64,000 nucleotides of DNA from Neocallimastix sp. 'constans' (GCA_050613775.1 JBODTK010000139.1:1-64000), one strand, 5' to 3'. Positions 28,191 to 43,427 are shown, counted from the first letter of the stretch. A program made the numbers and translations. The notes: generated by a model not told the origin, from the sequence alone.

Positions 28191-29008
28191 ATTATGATAT
28201 CGTTGGTATTAAAGAAGAAATTTTAGAATTGATTAATGGTAATGAAATTGAAATAAAATTAGAAAATTATGGAGTAGAAGATATCCGAAAAGAATCAGAA
28301 GATAATGAACATGTAAAGGAAATATTTTATTCAAAAATGGTTACTTTTGGATATTTAACATACTATAATGGAAAAGTATCCATTCCAAATAAAGAATTGA
28401 AGGAAGAATTTATAAAAGCTTTAAATGATAAAAAAAGTAATATGCAATATTTCTATGATATGATAAATAATTCGGATGAAATGTTGGAAGTGACATTAAA
28501 TAAAAATGTTAAAAGAATGTGTGAAATTTTAGATATATCACCTATGGAAAAAATTAGCCCTGGGGATAGAGTAGATCATGGAAATTTAAAACGTGTTATA
28601 GATTATTCATATTTTAATGCTTGAACGAAATATAATATTGAAGAAGAATCACCATGTGGTCACGGAAGAGCGGATATTATTTTTCTTCCCAAAGAAAAAA
28701 AATAAAGTAAATGGAGAAATTATAATAATTGAATTAAAAGTGAATAGTACAGCAAAAGAAGCTAATAAGCAAATACATCAAAAAAAGTATTATAATGGTT
28801 TAAAAAAAAAGGATATTATGGAAATATTTTATTAATTGGAATAAATTACGACCAGAAAAAAGTAAAATATAGTTGCGTAATAGAAGAATACAATAACAAT
28901 ATGAAGTTATTATCAACATCAGAATCAGGAGCTGAAAGGAAAAGGAGCAATGAACTTGAAATAAATGGTGAAAATAAAAGATTAAAGAGTAGTAGTAGTA
29001 AGCCATAA
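28190..29008 (+). pseudogene. AAA-ATPase/PD-(D/E)XK nuclease, 3' part (copy A2)
   Basis: ORFs 28229-28624 and 28617-28835; CGA>TGA at 28622; A-run frameshift at 28695-28702. Confidence 0.9.
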
Positions 29009-29751
29009 AAAAATTAATTTCAAATACTATTAAAATCATAAAGAAATTATTAAATTGTAAATATCAAATAAAAAAAATGATTAAAGTAAATGAATTTTTT
29101 TTATATATAATAAAAATTTTATAATATAATAATTAATAAGTTCATTTAATAAAAATTGTACGAAATAAGTAATCAAAAGTTCTAGAAATAATTAAAAAAA
29201 TGTTTTAAATATTTTATATTATTTAATTTTTTTTTTTTTTTTTTTTTAATATCTTTTTTTCTTTTTATTATATATATTATTTAATATTTAATTAATAAAG
29301 ATGAATCAAGTTTGCTGCCTTTAAAAAAATAAATAAAAAAAAAAAAATAAAAAATATTGTTTTAAATTGAATATTTTGAAACTTTGGAGTTGTATTATTA
29401 TTATTGTGTATTTCCAAAATTTTTAATCTCTTTCAGGGTGGAAGACTCAAAAATATAAGAAATAAAAATAAAACCTCTTGGAATAACCTTTGTGTATGTC
29501 AAATTAATACTTATACTATATCAGGAATCCAACTTTTTGAAAAACAGCGGTTTTCATAAACGAAATAATGTCTAACTGTTTCGAATCACCAATGGTTTCT
29601 ATTTAGTAAACCTAAAAACACTATTACCAGGAGCGCCAATACTATAAAAAAAAAAAAACAGTTAAACAAGAAAGGAGTACTAGAGTCCATATCGCTCTAT
29701 GTGGTCATGCTACCAAAAGGAATTAAAATTCCTCTTTGGAAAGTCAATTAG

Positions 29752-30110
29752 ATATTATGTGTTAGAGAAACATTCGAAATAAAGAATTGTAAAAAATTTA
29801 TATACGCTTCAAAAAAAAAGAAGTGATAAACAAATATTTATGATTTGATAGAATATTTCAATGAAATGTTGAAAAAGACATTAATTAAAAATGTCAAAAT
29901 AATGTTGCAAATTTTAGAAAATTACACCTGATTGAAAGTATTCCAACGGAAAAAATTGAATATATATTTTAAAATTAATTATAATAATTTAAGCATACTT
30001 TCATGCTCAAATAAAGTATTATATTGATGAAGTAAATGTTAATGAAAGAGTATATTTTATTTTCTTTTACAAAATAAAATGAATAAAGAAATTATAATAA
30101 TGGAATTAAT
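29752..30110 (+). pseudogene. Degenerate C-terminal fragment of the AAA/nuclease paralogue (B2)
   Basis: Remnant YDLIEYFNEML..TLIKNVKIM..EIIIMEL; same block at ~34100-34495 and, inverted, ~52650-52970. Confidence 0.65.
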
Positions 30111-30516
30111 TAAATAAAAACATTGTTCAAAATAAAATTTTTATTTCATTAATTTTTTAATATAGTAAAATTTTTAATACATTTTTTAATACGTAAATTT
30201 TATACAATTACGTAATTTATTAATAAAGGAAAAAAAAAATGATTGGTAAAAAACATTAAAAAATATTTCATACTTTATTTATATTCAATTTTTAATTTGA
30301 TATTGTTTGAAAATTAATATTTTATAAGAAAATAAAAATATTTTCAAAAAAAAAATGGTATATTAATAATAATTTAGAGAATATATAAATAAAAAAAGTT
30401 ATAATTTATTTGTTTATTAATTATTATTATTTTTTTTCTTTTGATAAAATACGTACTCTTTTGTTAATAAGTTCATAATAAATATATTTAAATCATTACA
30501 AGAAAAAAAAAAAAAA

Positions 30517-32281
30517 ATGGGGTTAATTATAGATAACGAAGATATGTGTGAAAAATTTAAAGGTTTACTTGAAGAAAACTATTTTATAGATAAATCAAAT
30601 ATAATAAATGATTTTAATAAATTAATAGAAAATGAATCTTCTAAATATGTATGCATTACAAAACCAAGAAGATTTGGTAAAACTTCAATAGCAGCCATGT
30701 TAGTAACGTATTATAGTAAAAGTATTGATTCTAAAGAAATATTTGATAAATTAAAAGTATCAAAAGGAAAAAGTTCTGATAATAAAGAGAAAGAAAACGA
30801 AATTAAACAATATAAAGAATTTCAAGGAAAATATCACACCTTATATTTAGATTTATCAAGCAATGTTTTTTCTTTCGAAACTTTAGACTCATTTATATCT
30901 TCAATTAATAGTAAATTAAAAACAGATATTGAAGAACTATTTCCTAACTCTAAAGTATTAAAAGATTATGATGATGATATAGTTTTAAATTTAAAAAAAT
31001 TATATAAAAAAACTAATAAAAAGTTTATTCTTGTTATTGATGAATGGGACTACATAATCACCAATAAAAAGTTTACAGATAAAGAACGCTACGATTATAT
31101 TAATTTTTTAAAGTATTTAATTAAAGATCGTTCCTATTTAGCCTTTGTTTATATGACAGGAATAACAACAATTACGAAGGAATTATCACAGTCTTCATTA
31201 AATTGTTTTTCGGAATATACTATGTTAAATGATAATCAATATTACGAATATTTTGGATTTACGGAAGAAGAAGTTCATAAGCTATGTGAAAAATATAAAA
31301 ATTTATCCTTTGAAAATTTAAAAAGCTGGTATAATGGATATAAATCATATAATGGTGAAAAAATTTTTAATACATGGTCAGTTATTCATGCATTAAATAA
31401 GAATAACATTGAAAATTATTGGTCACTAACAGGAAGTTTCAATGTGGTAAAGGGAATGATTAATTCGGATATCGTTGGTGTAAAAGAAGATATTTTGGAA
31501 ATGATTAATGGTAATGAAATTGAAATACGATTAGAAAATTATGGAGTAGAAGAAATCCAAAAAGAATCAGGAGATAAAGAACATGTTAAGGAGATATTAT
31601 ATTCAAAAATGGTTACTTTTGGATATTTAACATACTATAATGGAAAAGTATCCATTCCAAATAAAGAATTGAAGGAAGAATTTATAAAAGCTTTAAACGA
31701 TAAAGAAAGTGATATGCAATATTTCTATAATATGATAAATAATTCGGATGAAATGTTGGAAGTGACATTACATAAAAATGTTAAAAGAATGTGTGAAATT
31801 TTAGATATATCACCTATGGAAAAAATTATCCCTGGGGATAAACTAGATCATGAAAATTTAAAACGTTTTATAGATTATTCATATTTTAATGCTCGAACGA
31901 AATATAATATTGAAGAAGAATCACCATGTGGTCACGGAAGAGCGGATATTATTTTTCTTCCCAAAATAAAAAAATAAAATATATGGAGAAATTATAATAA
32001 TTGAATTAAAAGTGAATAGTACAGCAAAAGAAGCTATTAAGCACATACATCGAAAAAAGTATTATAATGGATTAAAAGAAAAAGGATATTATGGAAATAT
32101 TTTATTAATTGGAATAAATTACGACCAGAAAAAAGTAAAATATAGTTGCGTAATAGAAGAATACAATAACAATATGAAGTTATTATCAACAACAAAATCA
32201 GAAGCTGAGAGGAAAAGGAGCAATGAACTTGAAATTAATGGTGAAAATAAAAGATTAAAGAGTAGTAGTAGTAAACCATAA
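30517..32281 (+). pseudogene. AAA-ATPase/PD-(D/E)XK nuclease, full length with a single +1 frameshift (copy A3)
   Basis: 486-aa ORF with PRRFGKTS and ILVIDEWD, continued by IIIELK..AIKHIHRKKY in another frame. Only lesion is one extra A at 31968-31974, which could be a homopolymer sequencing error. Confidence 0.9.
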
Positions 32282-34917
32282 AATAATTAATTTCCAATAC
32301 CATTAAAATCATAAATAAACATTTAAATTGTAAATAACATATAAAAAAAAAAAAATGATTAAAGTAAATGAATTTTTTTTATATATAATAAAAATTTTTT
32401 AATATAATAATTAATAAGTTTATTTAATAAAAATTATAAGAAATAAGTAATCAAAAGTTCTAGAAATAATTAAAAAATTTTTTTAAATATTTTATATTTA
32501 ATTTTTTTTTTTTTTTTTTTTTTTTTATCAATTGATCAGTTGTATTATATTTTTAAATTATTTAAGAAAATACTAAGAGGTTACGTTCTCTGAATGTGCT
32601 AAATTTCTTTTTTTTTTGTACCGATATATGCAATTCGGTATCCATTCTTTCAGCTCTTAAAAAAGTGACTTTTGAAATTGCAATAATTGCGATTAATGAA
32701 TAAAAATATTATTATAAGATTAAAAAGCTTTTCTAAAAATTTTAACCAAAATATTATAGGACTCTACTATTTCAAATGGTATCCATCAGACCTAAACAAT
32801 TTGGATTCTGTAATAAGAAATAAAATATTAGTTTATATTTTTCTCTTTAAGAAATATACCAAAGAAAACAAATAATAATAAATTTGCATATATTGCAATT
32901 CTTGATATAAGTAAAAAAATTAAGACCAAACTTTTATACTCTTACGAATTTCAGTAATCTAGGAATGTATAGTTAATGACTTTAACTAATCACTAACCTG
33001 TGTCGTGCATTCAAAGATCGATCATATTTTAAAGTTTCCAATATTTTCATTATTTTATCTTATAAATATATATATATATATTTTTTTTTTATTTTTTAAC
33101 TTATGTATTTTTAATAGTGTAATAAATAAAAATAAAATAACGTTTATGATTTTACAAAATAAAAAAATTTTTTTATTTTATGTAATATTTTAACATTTTA
33201 TTAAAATAATAAATAAATAGTAAATAATATTGAGTTTTCAATAATAAAAATTAAAAAAAATTTTCTAGTAAATCATTAACAAAAGATAAAAAAAAAATTT
33301 AATTAAATAAAAAAATATCCATAATGATATGAACTGTTTTTTCCAGGTCCATGGAGGGTTGAATGGAAAAGGAATAGCATTTGTCAGGCGTACTAATTAC
33401 AGTTTTTTCTAAGATTCTGATGATAATCTATGGTTATCCTTTTTAAAGTGGTTTCTAGTACGAAGATAGTTAATTGAAATACTAGAAGACTGTTGAAACT
33501 GAAACTGATGTTTTATATTGTTTTAAAAATGCCCTTGTGAAGTCTTACAGATATTAATTAAATGAAACTAGAATATTTTAAACCATAATTTTATTTTATT
33601 TTATTTTGTGTTTGTTTTTGTTTATTTTTTTTTTATTTTTTATCTTTTTTTTTTTTTTATTACATATATTATTTAATATTTAATTAATAAAGATGAATCA
33701 AGTTTGCTGCCTTTAAAAAAATAAATAAAAAAAAAAAAATAAAAAATATTGTTTTAAACAGAATATTTTGAAACTTTGGAGTTGTATTATTATTATTGTG
33801 TATTTCCAAAATTTTTAATCTCTTTCAGGGTGGAAGACTCAAAAATATAAGAAATAAAAATAAAACCTCTTGGAATAACCTTTGTGGATGTCAAATTAAA
33901 TACTTAAACTACATCAGACATAATTTCTTTTTAAGAAAACCGCTGTTTTCTCAAGAAGTTGGATTCCTAACTGTTTCGAATCACCAATGATTCCTATTTA
34001 GTAAACATAAAAACACTGTTTTCAGGAGCGCCAATACTATAAAAAAAATGGTCAAGCTACCAAAAGGAATTAAAATTCCTCTTTAGAAACTCAATTAGAT
34101 ATTATGTGATGGAGAAACATTCGAAATAAATAATTGTAAAATATTTATATACGCTTCAAAAAAAAGAAGTGATAAACAAATATTTATAATTTGATAGAAT
34201 ATTCCAATGAAATGTTGAAAGTGACATTAATTAAAAATGTCAAAATAATGTTGCAAATTTTAGAAAATTACACCTGATTGAAAGTATTCCAAAGGAAAAA
34301 ATTGAATATATATTTTAAAATTGGTTATAATAATTTAAGCATACTTTCATGCTCAAATAAAGTATTATATTGAAGGAGTAAATGTTAATGAAAGAGTAAA
34401 GTATTATATTGAAGAAGTAAATGTTAATGAAAGAGCATATCTTATTTTCTTTTATAAAATGAAGTGAATAAAGAAATTACAATAATGGAATTAATTAAAT
34501 AATTAAATAAAAACATTGTCCAAAATAAAATTTTTTTATTTCATTAATTTTTTAATATATTAAAATTTTTAATACATTTTTTAATTCGTAAATTTTATAC
34601 AATTACGTATTAAAGAAGAAAAAATAATTGGTAAAAACACTAAAAATATTTCATACTTTATTTATATGAAATTTTTAATTTGATATTTTATGATAATTAA
34701 TATTTTTTATTATTTTATAAGAAAATTAAATTATTTTCAAAAAAAAAATAGTTTATTATCAATATTTTAATTTTTATTTGAAAAGTTGTGAATATATAAA
34801 TAAAAAAAGTTTTATTTTATTTATTTATTTATTTTTTTTTGCTAATGTACTTATTCATTTGTTAATGAGTCTCTAATAAATATATATAAATTATTGCAAA
34901 AAAAAAAAAAAAAAAAA

Positions 34918-36093
34918 ATGGGGTTAATTATAGATAACGAAGATATGTGTGAAAAATTTAAAGGTTTACTTGAAGAAAAATATTTTATAGATAAATCAAA
35001 TATAATAAATGATTTTAATAAATTAATAGAAGATGAATCTTCTAAATATGTATGCATTACAAAACCAAGAAGATTTGGTAAAACTTCAATAGCAGCGATG
35101 TTAGTAATGTATTATAGCAAAAGTATTGATTCTAAAGAAATATTTGATAAATTAAAAGTATCAAAAGGAAAAAGTTCTGATATTAAAGAGAAAGAAAACG
35201 AAATTAAACAATATAAAGAATATCAAGGAAAATATTATACCATATATTTAGACTTATCAAAAAATGTTTTTTCTTTCGAAACTTTAGACGCATTCATATC
35301 TTCAATTAATTGTAAATTAAAAACAGATATTGAAGAACTATTTCCTAACTATAAAGTATTAAATGATTATGATGTTGATATAGTTTATAATTTAAAAAAA
35401 TTATATTTAGAAACAGATAAAAAGTTTATTCTTGTTATTGATGAATAGGACTATATAATCACCAATAAAGAGTTTTCAGATAAAGAACGCAACAATTATA
35501 TTAATTTTTTAAAGTATTTAATTAAAGATAGTTCTTTTTTAGCCTTTGTTTATATGACAGGTATAACAGCAATTGCAAAGGAATTATCTCAATCTACACT
35601 AAATTGTTTTAGGGAATATACTATGTTAAATGATAAAAAATATTTCAAATATTTTGGATTTACGGAAGATGAAGTTAATGAGCTATGTGAAATTAATAAA
35701 AATTTAACCTTTGAAAATTTAGAAAGCTGGTATAATGGATATAAATCGTCTAATGGTAAAAAAATTTTTAATACATGGTCAGTTGTTCGTGCGTTAAATT
35801 CGAATATAATTGAAAATTATTGGTCACCAAATTCAAATGAAATGAAAGAAATAATTAATTATGATATCGTTGGTTTTAGAGAAGAAATTTTAGAATTGAT
35901 TAATGGTAATACAATTGAAATACAATTAGAAAATTATGGAGTAGAAGATATCCTAAATGAATTAGAAGATAATGAACATGTAAAGGAAATATTATATTCA
36001 AAAATGGTTACTTTTGGATATTTAACATACTATAATGGAAAAATATCCATTCCTAATGAAGAATTAATAAGGAATTGGAGAAGTCTTTTATAA
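34918..36093 (+). pseudogene. AAA-ATPase, 3'-truncated with nonsense codon (copy A4)
   Basis: TGG>TAG at 35446 in Walker B (DE*D); homology ends near 36075; nuclease domain missing. Confidence 0.9.
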
Positions 36094-36545
36094 GACTTTT
36101 ACATTATTACGAATTTCAGTAATCACTAACCTGTGTCGTACATTCAAAACCCAATCATATTTTAGTGTATAAATAATTTTAATTAATCTTTTTTTTTTTG
36201 TTTTTAAATAAAGTAAAATTTAACAAAAGATTATTTTTCATTATGCCTAAAAAAAATTCTTTTTTTTTTTTTTTTGTTTTTTTGTTTTTTTGCTTCACTT
36301 GTTACATTATTTTAATTAGAAGAGAAAAAAAAAAATGCAAAAAAGAAAAAAGAATTTTTATATAATATTTTTTTGTATTAAAATTAGTTGAGGCACTTTT
36401 ACAATAATAAATTAAGTAATAATAAAAAATTTGACTCTAAAATATATATATATTTTTAATATTTAATTTCAAGTGTACTTTTTACCTATTTATTTTTTAT
36501 AATAAAATTAAAAAAATTATGGAAGTGTATTATTCTCTTCTATGT

Positions 36546-36588
<43 letters not shown>

Positions 36589-36599
36589 ATTTTTTCTTT

Positions 36600-37286
36600 C
36601 TATTTTTTTAATATTATTTTATTTTATTTTATTTTATTCAATTTATATTTTATATTTAACAATCTACTATTTATTTTATTATATTTAATATTTCCTTTAT
36701 ATTCATATTCTACAATTTATTTTATTTTATTTTATTTTATTTTATTTTATTTTATTTTATTCAATCTGTACCTTATATTCATATTCTTACTATTTATATT
36801 ATTTTATTTTATTTTTTTTTTTATTTTATTTTAATTTATTTTATTTTATTTTATTTTATTTTATTTTATTCAATCTGTACTTTATATTTAATATTCTACT
36901 ATTTATTTTATTTTATTTTATTTTATTTTATTTTATTTTATTTTATTTTATTTTATTTTATTTTATTTTATTTTATTTTATTTTATTTTATTTTATTTTA
37001 TTTTATTCAATCTATACTTTATATTCATATTCTTACTATTTATATTATTTTATTTTATTTTTTTTTTATTTTATTTTAATTTATTTTATTTTATTTTATT
37101 TTATTTTATTTTATTTTATTTTATTTTATTTTATTTTATTTTATTTTATTTTATTCAATCTATACTTTATATTCATATTCTTACTATTTATATTATTTTA
37201 TTTTATTTTTTTTTATTTTATTTTAATTTAATTTATTTTATTTTATTCAATGTGTATATTATATTTATATTCCTACTATTTTTTTT
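36600..37286. repeat. Compound (TTTTA)n satellite, reverse complement of 22720-24420; continues at 49982-50113
   Basis: TTCAATCTGTACTTTATATTCATATTC motif between TTTTA runs; split by the copia insertion. Confidence 0.9.
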
Positions 37287-37564
37287 TGTTAAAAATAACA
37301 ATTATTAAATTGATTATTAATTTATTTTTAATATTGTAATAACCAACAAATTATATTTGTAACATTCATTAAAGTATAAAACCAAGTAATGATTTTATTG
37401 TTTAAAAATAATTCTTAATTTTAATAAAAGAAGGAACATAATAATAAAAGATATTTTAAATAATCGTAAAACTAAAATAAATAAATGTTTATTTTTACTG
37501 AATAATGTGTTCTATTTTTAATAACTTAATAATGATAATTATTTATCGAAATATATTTTTGACA

Positions 37565-37578
37565 GATTAAGAGTCTCA
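37565..37578 (+). promoter_or_regulatory. PBS complementary to the anticodon arm of tRNA-Lys(CTT)
   Basis: GATTAAGAGTCTCA is the reverse complement of TGAGACTCTTAATC and lies immediately after the LTR. Confidence 0.8.
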
Positions 37579-37616
37579 ATCTCTCCCGATTAAATAAAAT
37601 AAAAGCTAAGTATACC

Positions 37617-37669
<53 letters not shown>

Positions 37670-37833
37670 TTTATAAATAATATAAACCTATAATAATATG
37701 ATACTAATTGTTATTTATTTATCTATATTCATATATCTAAATTAAAAATAATAGTAATAAAATATATAATATAAACATATATAACTCAGATATCAATTAT
37801 AAGATAAAAGCAATATATAAAATGTTACCAACT

Positions 37834-38260
37834 AATTTAAGCCGAAAGTAAATTTAAAATGTCAGCTATATAATTTAAGCTGAAAGTAAATTTAAGATGT
37901 CAGCTATACAATTTAAGCTGAAAGTGAATCTAGGGGTCAGCTATACAATTTAAGCTGAAAGTGAATCTAGGGGTCAGCTATATAATTTAAGCTGAAAGTG
38001 AATCTAGGATGTCAGCTATATAATTTAAGCTAAAAGTGAATCTAGGATGTCAGCTATATAATTTAAGCTGAAAGTAAATTTAAAATGTCAGCTATATAAT
38101 TTAAGCTGAAAGTAAATTTAAGATGTCAACTATATATAGTTTAAACTGAAAGTAAATTTATGATGTTAGCTATACAGTTTAAACTGAAAGAGAATCTAGG
38201 GTGTCAGCTATACAATTTAAGCTGAAAATAAATCCAGGAGGTCAGCTACATATTTTAAGC
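37834..38260 (+). repeat. 37-39-bp tandem array (11 copies) in the copia-1 leader
   Basis: AATTTAAGCTGAAAG..GTCAGCTAT units; GTCAGCT-like marker from 37861 to 38241. Confidence 0.9.
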
Positions 38261-38720
38261 ATAAAACAATAAAATTCAAAGATTCCAGATAGAATAAAAA
38301 TTGAGATAACTTAAAATTTCAACTATATAAATTTAATTAATAATATAATTTAGAATAGCAATTAAATAACTTAAATTGAAAATAATGTAACCAATAGCAA
38401 AAGTCATAAGACAGTTAAAATAAATTAAAATTATATATTGAATAGATTAAAATAATTCATAAGACATATAAAACAATATATATAAAAAAAAATAAACAAT
38501 AATATTAATATACTAAGATTATGTAATTTAATAAAATAAAGAATAAATAATAGTAATATATATTTACTAATATATTATGAATAATGTCAAATTAGTCATA
38601 TTAGAGCAATCATGTCATGACTTTATCAATTACTCTTAATATAAACAACACCAGATGACATCAATATGATGGTGAAGTTAATTAAACTAATTAAAAAAAA
38701 AGGGGGAATCTATTTAACAC

Positions 38721-38756
<36 letters not shown>

Positions 38757-38954
38757 GAAACCGTAAATTTTCGAATCCAATTAAATTTAAGATTTAAATT
38801 AAATCTAAAATCGTTAAAAAATATACATATATAAAATAAAAAAATATAAAATTTTTAAGTAAAAAAAAAATAAAATAAAATTATATAATCATCAAAACTT
38901 AATCAATTCAATAAAGTAAATCAATATTTATCTTAACTAAATCTATAAAACAAT

Positions 38955-41900
38955 ATGCCTAGAACTAGAAACAACCAAAGAAATCAAATTATTGATACTA
39001 CAGAAAACAATCTTTCTGTCAAAGGTATTTCTTTTAATTATTCAGAGAATTTTAATCATATAACAGAACTAAATATTGAAAACTTCCAAAATTGGAAAAC
39101 CAATATCCTATACCTCTTAACAATCAACAATCTAGACGAGTATATTAGTTCCCAAAAAATAAAAAAATTAAGACGAAAGGATATAAGAGAAAATCTAGAC
39201 GATTATATTATTGATAAATTTGATTTTTCACTTGTCTATGATGCTGGGACTACTCAAAAGGATATCAAAAATGATATCCTTGTAAAATGGATCATTACCA
39301 ACAGTCTTGGGAATAAAACTAAAGAGATTCTGTAAGGTCATAGTAAAACAGCCTTTCAGATGTGGAATTTTCTCCAGGAATCCTTTACTCTTGGAGATGA
39401 ACATAGAAAAATGATTCTGAAAAATAGAATCAATTTCTTAAAGTTTAATATAAATGATGATATTCACATTTTTTTAGCAACTCTCCAAAATATGCTTGAT
39501 GAACTAGAAATAATAGACTCAGACATTTCTGACAATACAAAAATCGGAATTCTTAACCGTGCTTTACCAGAAAATTTACGGTGGATTAACGTTTTCCAAT
39601 TCAACAATAATTGGAAAGAATGTTGTAACTATCTTAAAAGGATAGTTCCAGACATTACGTTCTCTCATCTTAAAGAAAAAAAGATTCAAGAAGAAAAATC
39701 TGAAAGCATTTTTCATTTACATTCATATCCTAAGAGTAAAATTAGAGATAAGAAAAGAAAATATTCCAAAAGAAAGAATGGAAAGTGCTTTCTCTGCGGA
39801 AAATACGGCCACTATATTAAGGATTGCTTTAAAAATAAGAAAATTAGCTCTAATAAAGTAACCAAGAATAATAAATCTAATAAAGACAAAAAGGAATCAG
39901 ATAAGAAATATAACAAAAATAAAATAAACAATAAGCACGTTTATTTAATAAACAATAATAAAGAATATAAAGATAATTACCAAGAAGATTTTTCAAAAGA
40001 TTATTTTTCCGATAATGCTTTAGAAATCAATAGCATTGAAACAAATAATAACTATAATAAAATTAATGGAAATAAAAATAATAACTTTATAGTTTGGATC
40101 CTTGATTCTGGTGCTTCAATAAGCACCACAAACAATATTAATTTACTCACCAATATCAAAAAATGTAATACAAAAATTTCGCTTGCAAATGGAAAGAAAA
40201 TTTTATCAAACTATTACGGCGACTTTACCGGATTCATTAATAATTATAAATTCACACTTAAAAATATTTACTATTCAAACATATTAAAAAAAATTTAATT
40301 TCCATCAATCAGTTAATAGCACAAAACTTCAAAGTCATATTCAATAATTACAATAACTCACCACAAGCATTAATTTATAACGATAAGGGTAACCGAATCT
40401 ATAAATCAATATCTGATAATATGAACACATTCAAAATATTTACATCAGAACAACCAATTTATTTTACGAAAAATAATATAAAAGGTAATCATGTAATTAA
40501 CCATACTTTTCTGAATAAAAGTCAATTAATGGACCTTTGGCACAGACGCTTAGGCCATTTTGATATATCAAAGATCAAAGATAAGTTAAATAATACAAAC
40601 GTACAAACCAAATGCGCAATACGTATTAATTCAAAATTAAAAAATAAATCTTATAAGCCTACGACAAATAACACAAAACAAATCTTAGATCTCATACACA
40701 TAGATCTAGTTGGACCAGTCACTAACTCCATAAATAACAACAAATATTTCCTAACAATTTTAGATGATTTTTCAAGATATGGATGGGTGATCTTTACCCA
40801 AAATAAAACTGATGTTTTCAACAAATTTATTATTTGGCACAATGAGATATATAACACCACAAACATCACTGTAAAAGCCATCCGCTCCGATAATGGAAAA
40901 GAATTTCATAATAGTCGTTTTCAAACCTTCTGCCAAGAGAATGGAATTAAACATGAATTCACGATTCCTTACAATCCATCTCAAAACGGTAGAGCTGAAA
41001 GGTTCAATGGTACACTTATTTCTTCTGCTAAAGCACTTCTTAATGAATCTAAACTTAGTCATGACTTCTGGGAATACGCAGTAGACACTGCGAACTTCAC
41101 TTACAACCGACTTCCCCACCAAGGAAACCAGAACAAAATCCCTTATGAATTATTTTATAATGAACCTGTGGATTATAGTTTCTTGCGAGTCTTCGGATGC
41201 AGAGTATATTTCTTTGTCCCAAAGGAGCTTCGTTCAAAGTTTGACAACAATTCTCATCCTGTTATTTTTCTAGGTTATAGCAACAATACTAATGGTTATA
41301 AAATTTTTGACATTATCAATAACAAAATCATCCTAGCCCGTACTGTTGAATTTATGGAAAACGAACCAGGAAACTCTTTTTTTCATAAAATATTTCCCAA
41401 TAACGAATTCAGGGAGAGTAATAAGGTCAAACAATTAAGTCATTACGATTACAACAATAAAATCAATAATAAGAACAGTGGAATTATTGAAAATAATTTT
41501 GAAAGAAATATAGATACAAATAGAAAACTTAATATAAGTAATAATAGTAATAAAAATCACATCATCAATAAATATAATGATAAAAATAGTATCACTACTG
41601 ACATCAATTATAATGATGAAGTCACTATCATCAACAATAATTCTGACAAAACAACAAAAAATGATCCAACAAAACAAAACAATAACAATCAACATAACAA
41701 TTCAACAAATATTAATAATAAAATCTACAACGTAATAGAAGGTAACAAAAATAAAAATTTAAATAGGACTCAGAAAGAAATTAATAATATTAATAATGAA
41801 TATAAAGAGAACAATAAAGACAGAAACTATCAATATATAGAAGGAACTAAAAGAAAGTCAAATAATAATTCATTTAATATTAATAAAAGAAAAAAGATAA

Positions 41901-43427
41901 GTAATAATAACAATACACTAATTGAACCTTACAACTACAAAGACATATTCAAACTAAATGATAAATCAGAATGGTTAAAATCAGTAAAAGAAGAACTTGA
42001 TAATATGGAAAGACTGAAAGTATTCACAGTAGTCAATACGGTACCCTCAGGATCAAATATTATTTCATCCAGGTGGGTATTTAAATATAAAAGGGACTCA
42101 AATGGTAAAATAATTAAAAGAAAAGGGATATACCCAAGAATACGGTATCGACTATAAAGAAACATTTGCCTCTACCCTCAAACAAGATACCATTCGAATT
42201 ATTACAGTCATTGCAGTAAACATGAACTTCAAAATAAAACAAATAGATATTAATTCAGCTTATTTAAACGCTCCTCTTAATGAACATATATACATGAAAG
42301 CTCCAGAAGGACATCAATCTTATGAGAAATCTTTTTGGAAACTAAACAAAGCTCTGTATGGTCTAAAGCAAGCAGGTAAAGAATGGAACAATAAATTAAA
42401 CGAAGAATTAATAAAAATAGGTTTTACCAGATTAAAAAGTGAACCTTGTGTATACAAGAAAATTAATAATAAAAAGGAAATAATATTTATTTTGTCAGTC
42501 TACGTTGATGACATACTTATTGCTGGAACATTAGCTGAAATAAATTCAATAAAAGAATCAATCAAAAGAAAGTTTAACATAAAAGATATTGGGGATGTAG
42601 AATTCGTTATTGGCATAAAATTTAATAAAATTAAAGATGGATATATTCTACATCAATCAAGGTACGTAAATGATATTTTAAACAAATTCAGTACTGACTC
42701 TTATATAAGAACAACCAAAAATCATATTCCAAAAGAAAATCCTCAACTGAGAACAAAGAAATTTAATGAAACAAAATACCGAAGCGCTATTGGCAGCTTA
42801 TTATATTTAGGAATATGCACCAGACCAGATATACTTTTCGCTGTTAGTAAAGCTGCAAGGAAATCCAGTGATCCTACGATGGAAGATTGGATGAATGTTA
42901 TGAAAATTTATAATTATATCCAGCATACAAAAAGCTATGGTATTAAAATCCAAAAGGGGATGAATTTAAAGGTATATGTAGACGCAGATTATGAAGGAGA
43001 TCTCAACACAAGGAAATCTACTTCTGGATTTCTTATGATGCTTGGAAATACACCAACAAGCTGGTATTCAAAACTACAACATTGCGTCTCTACTTCCACG
43101 GCTGAAGCCGAATATTACAGCCTAAGTGAATGTGCTAAACACTCTTTATGGTACAGAAATTTCATGAATGAATTAAATATAAATATCGATTATGTTACAA
43201 TATTCGTTGACAATAAAGCAACAATATACAACAGTGAAAATCAATCAATAAACCCAAAATCAAAGCATATTGATATCAGGTACCATCACATTAGAGACTT
43301 ATTCAGTAAAAAACTAATTGTACTAAAGTATGTAAAATCTAAAAGTAATCTAGCAGATGGATTTACCAAATTTTTAAACAAGACCTTAATGGACAATTTC
43401 AGAAACACCTTATTAACGGAATTTTAA
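38955..43427 (+). pseudogene. Copia gag-pol (Gag CCHC, PR, IN, RT, RNase H), disrupted
   Basis: CFLCGKYGHYIKDC, WILDSGAS, LWHRRLGH, IRSDNGKEF, QNGRAER, YVDDIL, KHIDIRYH. TAA at 39333; frameshift near 40290; small deletion near 42123 removing ARLVA. Confidence 0.95.
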
